Source: the human T2T-CHM13v2.0 reference genome, Homo sapiens
Length of the DNA stretch: 64,000 nucleotides
Strand: one strand, 5' to 3'
Assembly: GCF_009914755.1 (NCBI RefSeq)
Contig: NC_060934.1
Made by a program: the position numbers and the translations under genes. The first letter of the stretch is position 1. Each line of letters opens with the position of its first letter. The notes beneath the pieces are model-generated. The model ran no database searches. It was not told the origin of the DNA and was given only the letters and a program-made list of their open reading frames with translations. Shown here in pieces: positions 43,308 to 58,965 of the stretch.

Positions 43308-46216
43308 TACGCATTACATATTACATATATAAATATATACAACTGCGTACATAATATATATTAAGACATACTTTTAAATACAAGTATGCAAAAAATAAGG
43401 TAAGGTAAAGAAAGGAAGGAATGAAGGACGGAACGAAAGAAGGAAGGAATGAATGTAGGAAGGGAGAAAAAAGGAATGAGGGAGAAAAATTATTTTAAAG
43501 AATGGAAGGAAATATTCCCAAATACTAGCTAGGTCCGTTAAGATGATGGAACTATGTTTGTGGGGCTTTTTTTTGCATACCATTTCTTTTCCAAATTTTT
43601 TATTATTTCATTACATTGCTTTCATAATTAAAAATTCTTTAAGTAATATACCATGACTAGTTTATGTTTATCCTAGTTATAAGGCAGTGCTCTTAAAAAA
43701 TGCTTTAGATGTGAATGGGGCTGATTTAGTAAAACCCTTTCAAATCATTATTTAATCCCTTTTCAAGAAGGAGTATGTTGTAGAAGAAAATTTCCCTGAA
43801 CTAAAATATGCAGCCTGAGATTTCTCTTTTCTTCAGCGTTTTTTTCACTGTCGTCCTTTTAGAACTCTGAAATTCTAGGAATATTTTTTTTTCTCCTAAC
43901 AAAAAGTGTACTCTTGTTGGATGTAACCTCAATCTATATTATTTACAACTCAGCAACAAATGTAGGGTTTATTATTCAGAACGCACCCACCATAGGTAGA
44001 TGTTAAGGAAGTGATTTATTCTGGTAGTTTTTCAGATGAATTTTCCGGCTCCATCCCAAAATTGAATTAGTATTTGCTTATTTGCTTTGACAGCTGTAAT
44101 GGAAATAAATGATTCTGGAGCCAAGGGGTGTAGACAATTCTAATGCATTGAGCTTTGAGCCTAGGAACTCTTACATGCCCCATGTTACTTTACTCAGAGT
44201 TGGACGTATAGCTGCTCCTTGGAAATAGAGATACATGTCCTGAAGTACCACCTTCCCATGTGTGGCACTGACAAATTCTCTCATATATGTGATTATGTTG
44301 AATTTTCATAAGCAGCTGCCAGGTAGATATTATTTCCAAGATACAGAGGAGCATATGACTCTTGAAGGGCATTCTAACTTGTTCAAGGTCACACAGCCAG
44401 TGAGGGGACTGCCTGCTCTCTATCCTAGGCCTGGCTGAGGTACAGCCACCACACCCCACTCTTCCTGGTTGATAGGTGGGCTTTCCCTTGCCTTAAGACA
44501 GAACCGCATATGGGCCACTTTTACGCTGAACCCCAGCTCCAGAGAGCACAATAGAGTAAGACAACAAAATCAGCCATGTGGAAACCAAACCTTCAAATGA
44601 ATCCAGTGGTTCTTATGGCATATTTCTCAGCTGGTGGCAGTTTCTGGAGTGGGACTTTGAGGGTAGAAGCCATCAGACTGCTTGCTGATGATAAGACATA
44701 GGACTAATTAATTCTGCCTCAAGCAAAAAATAAACAACAACAAGGCAGTTGTGTTTTAAGGGGATTTTGTCCAGTTTTGTTCGCTTTTCCCATTAATTTA
44801 TTCAAATCTTTGAGTTAATATATAGATTAAACCAAGGTGTTTGTCATTTAAATAGGTAATACTATGATCTCAAATTTTTAAAGGAAGCTTTTGGAGACAA
44901 CATCTTTAATATGGTAATGAAGAGAGAAGTTGAAATCATGTAACTTCATTTACAAATCATGAATATGTATTATGCTTTAAATGAAAAGAAGGACTAAAAC
45001 AGATATAGTGTTTGTTCAATTTGCTAAAGAGAAGACAATTTGTCAAGATTCTTTCCCCAAAACTCAAGCAATATGCAAATGTAGGAAAATCAGACCCCCG
45101 TGTTAATTCCATGGCATGATGAATATTTTTATAATCCTAATTAGTACCAGTCATTTAGTCTAGCAATTTCCCCCAATCTAGCCAATTTGAAATTAAAATA
45201 GATGCCTTGATTACAAAACTCATTAGCAAAGAAGCACCCTTCTCACTAACCAGTTCATTTAAAATGCACAAACTGAATGAAGTGTGGAACACTTGTGTTG
45301 TCAATTGGCATAAGTGAAGTGAGTCTTAATTGGAAGCATTGTGAAGTATTTGTATTGCTGCGTGTTTCATTGCCGTATAATATATCATTCATTAAATGTA
45401 ACAAAAGCAACTTTTAAATGGTTTAATTAAACGGAGTTTGTGCACTTGGTAATTTTTATAAAATCAAATGTCACAATTGTTTGCATTTGAAGTACTGACA
45501 GGTATTAATGTCAGGAAGATGAAGTCTGACTCTGCATGTATCACTCAGATTATGCGAAGAATGGCAGGTTTAATGTGAGAGGAGAAAATTAATTATAGAA
45601 CATTGACTTCTTACTTAAAAGTACCAACGTGCATATTGTCCTTGTGAATTTGGGCATAGGAATTTCAGAACTACCTGATTTATGGCTGGAAATGGAGTGG
45701 AAGGGCCTGGCAGAGGACTAGGAGTGGAATATAAGGAGAAAATAACAGTCTGGAATTTTTCTTTTGTAATTTCATTTTTAATCAAGGGAGGAAGTAGTAG
45801 GTGGAGAGAAATGCTATCCTGTGTATTTTCATCTACTCCAAAGAGCAATAGAGATGTGTAGCAATGCAGACTGATGTTCTGTCTAAGCAGAATGTGATGC
45901 AAGTGGGATGGGGGAGGAAATTGGCTTCAGACCAGGGAAATGCTGCAGATGGGGACTCCACAGAAGTCCCGAACTGAGGCCAGAGAGCAAGGAGTTCAAG
46001 GATGATTTTCCAGTGGAAGAGGAGGCACAATGGGCTGTAATAGTGGCTGTTCTGTAGGCATAAAGTATAAGGCAAATATAGAAGCTGAGGTTCCCCTGAT
46101 GTTTCTTCTCTGTGTAATGCAGGTGTCAGCTGTTGCCTCATATTTATGTTATTTCAACCCACTTCAACAAGGAGGCAAAACTCAGCCATGTCACTGATTT
46201 CTGTGAGAAATCCCAT

Positions 46217-46690
46217 GTTAGCAGACACTGTTGATGTCCTGCCTATACCCACTAGATATTTCTATTCTAGTGTGCTCCTGCTGATTTCTGACTGCCAATA
46301 TTTGCATTTCTTTGCCTGAGGGCTTTCTCTGAGGCCTCTGGAGGCTACTCTACCCCTCTGTGCAGAAAGCTATAGAAGTACCTGGGAATTAGGGGCAGCC
46401 TTAGCCAAAGATAGCAGAATTTGGTGTATAGATACCTCAGCTCTTTCACTGTCATGTGTGGTAACTCTGAGACATATGTCTTATACTTTTTATCTAGAAT
46501 TTCCCAATGGAATGAAACTCTAGTTGCCCACAAAGTTGGCCAGCTTCGTAGCACCACATATTGACTGCGTTCTCTTACTTGGGTAATTTTCTACTTTAAT
46601 ACCAATGGGTTTTATTTTTTCATCTCCCAAATAAACTACTTACACTCTAGTCCTTGGCTTGGGGCCTGCTCCTGGGGAGACTCTAACCAG
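46217..46690 (+). mobile_element. ERVL LTR (LTR16-like)
   Basis: 3' end cccaaataaactacttacactctagtccttggcttggggcctgctcctgggga resembles LTR16. Confidence 0.6.
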
Positions 46691-46849
46691 TTGTGCCAAA
46701 TATTATGTGATCTTGGTGGTGGTAGCGGAAGATTTGTGAGGTCAAGGATGGGGATCACAAAACCTAGGTTTCCACCCAGGAATTACCCTTTGACATTTCT
46801 ATGTTCCTAATCTCTCCTGAACCCCTCCAACTCCCCAGGCTGTCCACCT

Positions 46850-47231
46850 GGGACACCTGTGAATATGTTACTCTAGGGAAAAAGGGACTTTATAGAGGTG
46901 ATTAAGTTTTATCCCAGATTATCTTGAGGGACCCAATATAGTCATAAGGGTCCTTTTAAGAGGGAGGCAGGAGAATTAGAGTCACAGAAAGATGTTACAC
47001 AGAAGCAGAGGTTGCTCTGAGCTCTTTGAAGATGAGGACTGGCTGGAAAAGGCAAGGAAATGGTTTTTCCCCTGGAGCCTCCAGAAGGAATGCAGTCTGG
47101 CTACCTTGATTTTAACCTCATAAGCCTCATTTCAGACTTCTCACTTCCAGAGCTGTTCTAGAATAAATCTGTGTTGTCTTAACCACTAAGTTAGTGGAAA
47201 TTTGTTACAGTAGCAATAGGAAATTAATACA
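46850..47231 (+). mobile_element. MLT1C/D-type LTR
   Basis: acctgtgaatatgttac, ggagcctccagaaggaatgcag, agcaataggaaattaataca. Confidence 0.75.
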
Positions 47232-47456
47232 CTTACCAGCCCTTCCCTTGGCTTCACTGGACCTCCTGTCCCAGAGCAAGCAAAATCAACTGCTTGTCTC
47301 CACCAGCTTCTTGAAAGCCCAGGCATCGACTGACCCAGAGACGGTGCATCCAGGACATACTTTTGACTCCAGTTTCCATTGATCCCTGTGGTCCTGAAAT
47401 AAGAAAAGTTTCTCCTTGCGGGTGGAAAAAAAAATGTTCTCTATATTGTTTACTTA

Positions 47457-48221
<765 letters not shown>

Positions 48222-50667
48222 TATGCATGTCAAGGTTGCTGAATAATGAAAGTCTTATTGCCCTTTGTGTCCCTGCTGCCCTGTGTGAGGGGGACAGTAG
48301 AAGTCTCTTCCTGCTGTGTAGCATGAGATATTCCCGAGACATATGGAATGGAGCCAACCACCAGGAAAATTGGCAGTAGGGTGTAGGGGAGGGAGCAGGG
48401 GGTAGGGCTTATTTCTGAGATGGAAACCAGATCCATGTGAGAGGCCCTGAGCCTGGTCAGGAAGATTCCAAGCTGGTCTTTGGCCTTGACCCTGGACAAG
48501 ATTAGGAAATCATGGAAGACACAAGAAAAAAGATGGTGCCCAGACCATGAGGACCCCTTGGAAGAACATCGAGGGATCAGAGTCTAAAAGAAGTCTCAGA
48601 TGGAAACTCGTATTTTAGAACCATGGCTATTTGTTGTATAAGCTAGACGTGTTTTGTTTCAGTTTTGGCATTTTGTTTTTGTTCTCCCTTTGTATTTGAA
48701 AATGTCAGCAGATCTCAGATGTGCCAGAAGTTACAGAAAGTTTGGTTGACCTGAATGTGTTGCAAATCTTCCTGAAGTTTATCATTGGCTTCCCCTTAGC
48801 TTGGAGGATAAAGTGAAAGCCTTTAGCTCAGCACATGAAGCCTTTTAACGTGGATCCTAACTTTCTACCTCCTCTTTTTAAGCACTCCATTCACTCATGC
48901 AACAGGAAATGTGTCTTCCTATTTCACACCAAAGTGCCCTGGCACACATGCTTTCTTCTAGGAGTCCTTTACTTCCCCACTTCATCTAGCTAGTTCTGAG
49001 TCCTGCTCATCTTTCAAAACTCAAAGAAAACAAAACTTTCTGGAGAAAGCTTTGCCTAGACAGACTTTACCTATGAAACCCTAACTAATCTAGGTTTTTA
49101 AGAAACGTCTAGAAAGAAACCTTTTTTGTTTAATGGTTTTACATTTATTAGGTATGTTTTTTTTTTCTCTGTGTTTAGGACATTTAAAGACCTGAATGAG
49201 AGTTAAAGAGGACCTGTATAAAGGTTATAATTATGGGGCTGGAAAGAAAGGGAAAAATTATCGAGTGATTTGAAAACAGAATCAAAATTTTTGACTGCCT
49301 AGAAGTCACAGGGGAGAGGGTGCCTGATAACACTGACCATGACAAGAATCAAAGGACATCATAGATCTGATGGTCTGATTGCCTACAAAAATATCTAAGG
49401 CCGAGGGCTATGCCTGCTCATGGCACACTTCTTTCCTGACAAAGGAGATGCTTGTTTCCCAAATGCACTAAGTGGAAGAGGGGAGCGTCTGGTTGGCGCT
49501 GTTGCCGAGGTGCACTGTAGAGGGGATAATCACCTTCCTTTGTGGTTGTTCTTCCCTGTAGTTGCTTTTCTGACATTTTGCCTCGTGCCTCCCTTGGCTG
49601 CTCTCAGAGCCGGAGGCAGGATCTACCAGTAGCTGTCTGAGTAAGTTATTGAAACAGGCTTTTTAAAATGGAGACTTTAATTTGAAGTGTTTGGTAGAGA
49701 TACCAGGGTTGTAATCTAGAAGCTTTCTAATAGGCAGCTAGGGAATGAATGAGGGGAAAAAAGATACGTTAGCTTTTATTTCTTCAAATATGATCATGTC
49801 AATATTGGGCATGAATGTTTTCATAATTGAAATGCTGAAAGGTGGCTGGGAAATTCACTCTCCCTTGAGTCTATCTCAGGCATAGATGGTCTCTTGAACT
49901 TTCTAGCCCAGAGGCTTCAGTCCCTGAAGGGAGCTTTAAGATTTCATTAGTAGATCATTACTCTTGATATAATCTGCCTACCCTTAGGTTTGCACAATGT
50001 TTTTCCCTTTTTTTGATGCTGAAAATGCCAGTTTAATAATCAGGGAAAAAGCTCATTTAATCTCCATTATAGGTATCATGACTTAATCATTAAAGATACT
50101 GAAAAGTATGCCCCAACATTTGTCTTTTTTCCTCCAAAGTAGCTTACTACTCAATAGCAGAGTCTGACAAATGCTAACAAATATCCATTTTTAAATCTCA
50201 AAGAAATTTTCTCATAGTGAATACTGGTAAAAAGGAAAATGAAGAAAAGAAGCAGAGACAGCAAAATCCATCTGTTCCCTTCCAGCACATGTCTTTGAGA
50301 GTATCAGTACCCTACTGTCTATTACCCAGATACCAAATGAAGTACATGATACTCAACAAATACTTATTGAGCACTTACCATGTACCAAGACCTAGAGATG
50401 CAATAATGGATTTTGTTACCATCTTTGCTATCATACAGAGAGAACTGCTGATCAAATAAGTAACTGATGGCAATTGCAATAAGTGCTGTAAAATAGAAGC
50501 ATGGATGGTTAGAGTATATATTAGGGAGGAGGTCTGACCTATCTACAAAAATGTTTGATATGATTTCTGTATTGAAGAGTTAAGGTGTTCACTGAGAGTG
50601 AAATCTTTTTAGATGCTCATAAGCATTATTTAACATAAAACTAGGGTCACTCTGTGAGTTGCCTTCA

Positions 50668-52757
<2,090 letters not shown>

Positions 52758-55700
52758 ACAAATGGAAAAATCAGTAAGAACATAAAAGAATTGAACAATT
52801 CAACCAACTAAGTTAACTTTATTGACATCTCTAGAGCACTTCATCTAACACAAGTAGAGCACACACTCAAGTGCCCATGGAACATTTATCAAGATAGGCC
52901 ATATTCTGGTCATTTGTGACTGAGTACAAATATTGTAACTTTAATCTGGAAAATGGTACTATTTTACTAGTTTCTGAGAAATATGAAAATTACTTAATGT
53001 GTGAGAAAGCATTTTGAAATAATTAGAGGGATTTTCAGAGCTAAGACTTAATAATAGAAAAAAAAATTTTTACTACCAAAATGTGTCTTCAAATGTCAAG
53101 CAAGTACAAACTTCTGCCCTCACCTGTCACTGAAGAAGGAAAGTTAGCATCTCAAGAGTTCAGTGGAGGGAGATCCAGCGGGGATGTGTGGATGTTGAGA
53201 AGAGTGGCATTTATTTTTTCGATGATCCCTGGAAGAGGTGTGAGATTTGCACATGGAGAGGATATTCTAGATAGTGCAAACAGCCCAAATAAACTTGTGA
53301 AGGTGGAGAAAGGGGGCTATAGCTAAGATTAGCAAGGGGAATAATAGGGGAATGTGATGGAGAATAATAGGAAATGTGATCAGAAAGTTACTCTGAGGTC
53401 AGAGAGTGAGGTATTTGGGTGCTAATCTGGGAAACTTATGCTTTATTATGTAGACAGGAAACTATTTCTTTTAACACAGTTCACATGGAAGTTGGGAACT
53501 GTCTATATTAAAGTAACAAAGGCTATTTCAGTAGGTAATTTCTTTCGTATGAACTAACCATTGAAAACCTAAAGGAAATCTTCAGTTTTGCCTTTCATCA
53601 ATTTCATATGAACCCCTAATTTGTGTCATAACTTTAGACATGAACACTTCTGATTGTGTTTCTTTTGTTTTGAGACTTAACATTTCCATCAATAATCTGA
53701 TCCCATCTAGGAAATCAAGTCTAGATCAGGCAATACCCTGACTCTAAACCTCTGCTGTTATAATCATTGGAAAAAGCCCACTGTAGATGCTTCCAGTCTT
53801 GGGAGAAGAAGAAGGTACATCAGGGATTGAGGGTGAGGAAGATGCATATATGTGCTTTTTGTTTTCTTGGGGTCTGTCCCTTGAGGATTATCTCTACAGC
53901 CTTTAGAATCTGGGATTCACAGTCGAGCACTTACAGATCTCCTCTTCTTCAATGTCTGTGTCATGTGTGTATCTTAGCTCTGTAACATGGCTAATTTTCT
54001 CATGCCAGAGCCTCCTTTTTCATTCAGCAAATCTTTACTGAGGACTTGATGGATTTAAATAATTGTACACAATGCTTGTGTGGATATAATGATGAATCAA
54101 TGAAGTGTCTCCATCTGGTAGAATGGAAAAAGTAATGAACTGTTAATCACATATGGTGCTATTGGAACCTTAGGGACCCAGTAAAGTTCTGAGATGATCA
54201 GCAGGAAATGGCCTTTGTAGACTGTACAGAATGGGAAAGGCAGAATGCTGAATGTTGGAGAATGAGGGGGATTTTACCAGTGAAAGGAACCTACCGGGTG
54301 TTTATTAGGTGCTCAATACATACCTGATGACAGGTCAGTTATGGAAAAAGAGGTTCAGTTGGGAAGAACATATAATTTGGTGGAAATCTCATAGTTTATT
54401 CCCAGTTGAAAGTAGACTTCCTTGAAAGAGACAGTGCAAGGCTCTGGAAAGAGAATTGGACTTGGATTCTAAAGGCCTGGATTTAATTCCCTGATTCTCT
54501 TTTTCCCAGATGTGTTATGTCGGGTGGATGGCTTAACCTCTCTCAACCTGCCTCATTTTCTGTACATTGAAAATAATGATGGAAAGATGACAGGTGTGCT
54601 GTGAGAATCAAGCAGGAGAAATTATACAGATGTGCTAAGCACTGTTTTGTTGAGAGATCTCTGCTTGTCATAAACCAGCTCTGCAGAATTCTCCTCCAGG
54701 CCTCACAGCTGAGCAGAGGACGTCAATTTTCATATGATTTGAAATTTTCATATGGTTAACCCAACTCAGAATTCCTGCTCCTTCAGGGCAGTTATTTTTT
54801 TGTATCTCTTCTTCTTTGCTACTTTGAATTTTAACCTTTCTAAGACTTCAGGGGTTGCTTTCTCTGGACTGAAGTCATCTGCTAAGATTCTTTGAACCTT
54901 CAGTCTCCTTAATGCTTAGTTTTTCAGATTCAGAACTAGAAAGGCCAGAGGTCTCAGGCAGAGGAGGCCAGCTGGGTAATAGTTGGCTAATGGGACCGTA
55001 CATCACTGAGGACAGTTTCCCAGTGGAGAATCATCGGCCCTTGAGTAATATGAAGTGTGGACATCTGTGACTGGCTTATCTTTACTCGTTAAGTCACAAG
55101 CTGGGGTTCGGACTCCATTTGCAATTCATCAAGGCTCATGTTCTCTAATTACAGAATTAAAGACAGGAATACTCAGATGATCCAGGTCTTTGTCTTTATC
55201 GTGGAAGTATACACAAAGGGGGAAGTTATGATGATGTGTGAATGATGACATTTTCAGCATTTCAGCAGTGCCAGTGTCACTTGATGGCAAACCTTCGTAT
55301 TACTGGTGTAGATGCATGCCCTCATGCTCCGTTGTAAAAGTGGAAAAGGAGAGAAAAAAATACATCATTTATTTTAAAACCGTCCCTTTTTTGTTTTTAC
55401 TAATACTTCTAGGTATATAATTTATTTTATATGCTCTCATTGGTAAATTCTTTTTAGTCATTTTTGCTGCTGTTTTATCCTCTACTTTTTCTTAACTGGT
55501 TCATACAGAATCTTTGAGCTAGATAGGTCCAACCCTGAAAACGTTTGTATATTGGCTCTGACCAGCTGCCAAGTAGTTTTGATTTACATACTTCCAGTTT
55601 GAGGGAGCTCAATCCCTCAGAAAGCAGACAATTCCAGTTTTAGAAAACTCTAGTTATTAGCCAAGGGTTTATGGCATTAAAATAAAATCTGCTTCATCTA

Positions 55701-56300
55701 AATTTCTGCCTGTTGGAAATAGTTTTCCCTTATTCACTACCTTGTTCAAATATTGTCCTGTGCTCTGAAATCCATAAGCAAGTCCTCCCCACTCCCTGCA
55801 CAACTTCAAATAGATGTCCTTAATACCTGTTCCTTTACCCTTGTCTTATGGAGGTTGAGCATCTCTTGCTCCACAGGATCTCTTCTGAAAACCCTGATCT
55901 ACACCCCATCATATAAGGGGGAGGCAGAAGGGTTTATTCCCCAGGAGGCCACCCTTGGCCATTCAGACACATACAAAGAGTTTGGAAGAATGCTTTATGA
56001 TCCTTTACTCTGGGATCATCGTGGTCCAGCCCATTAGTCCACAAGTGGGACTCAGATTCCAAAGTGGTTTCTCTGCTCCATCCCACTAGCTCCTTCTCCT
56101 GTGATTATTTTATCCCAGGGGTTTTCATATGGCCACCTTCTTGTGATGGGCAGATGAGTTTCCTTTCTCTGTGACTACCTGCCTTTTACTTGGCCCCTGG
56201 TCCTCCAAAAACTTTTTTTTTCAATAATGAACAATTCAGTATGGTGGTAGCATAAAGTACAGTCTTCCTAAAGCTCAGCTCTGGTCATGCATTCACCTGC

Positions 56301-56336
56301 TGAATGAATGAATGAATGAATGAATGAATGAATGAA
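56301..56336. repeat. (TGAA)n tetranucleotide, L2-tail type
   Basis: Read directly from the sequence. Confidence 0.93.
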
Positions 56337-58759
56337 CAAAATACAACAAAATTAAAAATAAATGTCCCAAGCCAACAAAAAGACAAGGACAGAATCCTAG
56401 AACCAATATTTAGGGTACAGAAGAAAACAGAGTGGGAATAGAAACTATTAAGTACCTAATCTATATCAAGCACTGTGCTAAGTGTATTACTCTGCTATCT
56501 AATTGTAATATTCTAGCCTCTATTTGTTCATTAATCCCAAGCCTCATGGTACTTATTTTTGTGTGGGTATACGTGTGTTCATGTGTGTGTGTGTGTGTGT
56601 GTAGCTATGTGTGTTTTAAATATTAGCCCATTTTCACATGGACTTGTCTATGCTGCTTTATTATAAGGTGCCCCGGATTGTAGAATATTCCCCACCGGTG
56701 GTGGTGGTAGTGGTGTTTGTTTTCTTTGTTGTTGTTTTGTTTTGTTTTTTGCTTCTGTGTGAGCCATAGAAGTATCAATGGACATAGACAGTTTTATGTA
56801 TATTTATCTACTAGGAATTCCGGCATCTATTGTGCAGATTTTGTGAGTCCAAATCATATTCATAGCTACAGCTAGCTTGGGGTTTTATTTTCTTTTGTGT
56901 GTCAATTCCTATGCTACCACCAACCCCTGCACCCTAATCCAAGGCACTGATCAGAAGACAGTTTGCTGCTGCATGCTCAGATAGTGGCCAACATATTGGA
57001 GGGCACCATATCATGTATCAGATAACACTTCAAACTTTGTATATTGGGCTCATTTCCCATTGTTTACCACATAAGGCATAAAGATAAGTGTCTTTTCCTT
57101 ATGTAGGTATTATCACTCACCCATCAGTTCCCAGAACTTAGGTGTCTTTCCCAAAACACCATGGGTCATTATCGAGTCAGATACTGCTTTATTTTTGAGG
57201 TCTTAGTTTGATTTTGACACTCAGCAATTTAATTCGAGGCTCAGAAATTATTTAAGATTTTTGAATTATACTTTATCTATTAGATCAAAATGTTTGTTGG
57301 GAGATGGGGTTCTATCCAGTTGGAAATGTGGCTTTTGTATTTCTCCTAGATAATTTTCAGACTAACCATGTAAGGTAGGTATCATTAACTCAGCTTTACA
57401 GATAATGTTGTGAAGGTTCAGGATAGTTAAGTAAGTTTTTGGAGGTCACATAGCCAGTAAGTGACAGAGGAGAGACATTTAGGAGCCAGCAAAGGAGAGA
57501 GAAGAAGAATGTTTCTGGAAGCAGGAAGAAAACCAGGAGTGAGCAGTGCCTTTGAATTCACGGAAGGAGAATCGTGTAAAGTTTGGAGAAGAATCAAATA
57601 CTGTAGAGGGGCAAGGGCTGAGAAAATTATTGGATTTGGCAATTTTCTAGAGAGAACAGATTGTGTCTAAGTGGTTCTTTGAAGTGTGCCTGGAGGGCAG
57701 GGATTGTGTTGTCCTGTATGCTTCCTTCAGCACCACTTGAAAATGTGCACTTAAATGTTTTTTGATGGTGATGTTGATTATCCAAAACATTTCCTTGAAA
57801 TAGCACTTTCCATTGCAAAACTTATGCAAGGATGTGGGGTCAGGTTCAGCTTCATGCTTACCCTTTGAATATACTTGTTCTCTGGGAGGATGCCTATAGA
57901 ACCCCTTTAAGGGAAAAAGATGGAAAGGAAGGATCAGTTAGTGACAGGTCAATTAAAAGAAGCAGTTTCGCTAACTCTAGCCTTGAAAGCAGAGGTGGAA
58001 CATTCTTTCATGAACACAGACAAGTTATTTTGTAGTATGCTAAGCTCTTCAGGCACAATATGTCTTTCAATCCTTTGGAAAAGGACACAACTGTTCCCAT
58101 TTCAGAGAAGAGGAAACTAGGGTTTTAGAGCATCCAAGTGACTCAAATTATCAGAGCTAGAAATGACAGAATTGAGATTCACAGACATGTCTGACTTCAT
58201 AGCAGAGCATCTTAATTCTTCAGGTCCCACAGTGGGATCTGTTTTAAGTGGTTCTTGAAATTTCCCTGGACACGTGGGGAATGTGACTGCCAAAATCAAA
58301 ATGAGAGAGATCAATAGGTTTCAAATTATCTTTCAGACACTAAGATGTGTGCCCAGGTAGGCCCCAGGTGATGGATGATTAAGGACCTTCATAGCCTCTG
58401 ATTTTGGCCCACTGGTCTCTCCTGAAGAGCAGATAAAAGAGTGTCGCAGGCTGGAGAATGGGTGCCTGCATCGTGACAAAGGAGGGGAGACCAAGAGATT
58501 CACCCTGCTTCATATGAAGCCGTTTCTCAACCTAGCTGGAGGTGACAGGTTCATGCATTTAATTATTCATTCTTCCCACAAACATTTATGGGTTCATTTT
58601 CACAGAATAACCTTTTATTGAAGACTGACTTGTGATGGCAGTAACCTCAGATAGGTAGGAATAAGGATTTATATCCTAGAGAGTAACATGAAATGCCTAC
58701 CCTGCATCAGGCACTGAGCCGGGGTATAAGGGCCACAGAATGAATAAGGTAGTGAAGAG

Positions 58760-58965
58760 GTGAGCTGTTCAATACAGAAACCTCTAGACACACGTGGCTG
58801 TAAATTAAATTGAATTAATTATGAATAAATAAAACAATTCCATTTCTCAATGGCACTAACCACATTTCAAGTATTCGGTAGCCCCATGTGACTGGTTACC
58901 TACCCTCTTGGGTAATGCAGATGTAGAACTTTTGCATCATTGCAGAAAGTTCTACTGGACAGTGT
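58760..58965. mobile_element. MER3-type hAT element
   Basis: ctgttcaata...cactaaccacatttcaagt...ttgcagaaagttctactggacagtg. Confidence 0.75.

Noticed and set aside
49480-49620. Mild CpG/GC patch as a CTCF or RFX site
   Set aside because: Only partial motif matches; too weak to call without data.
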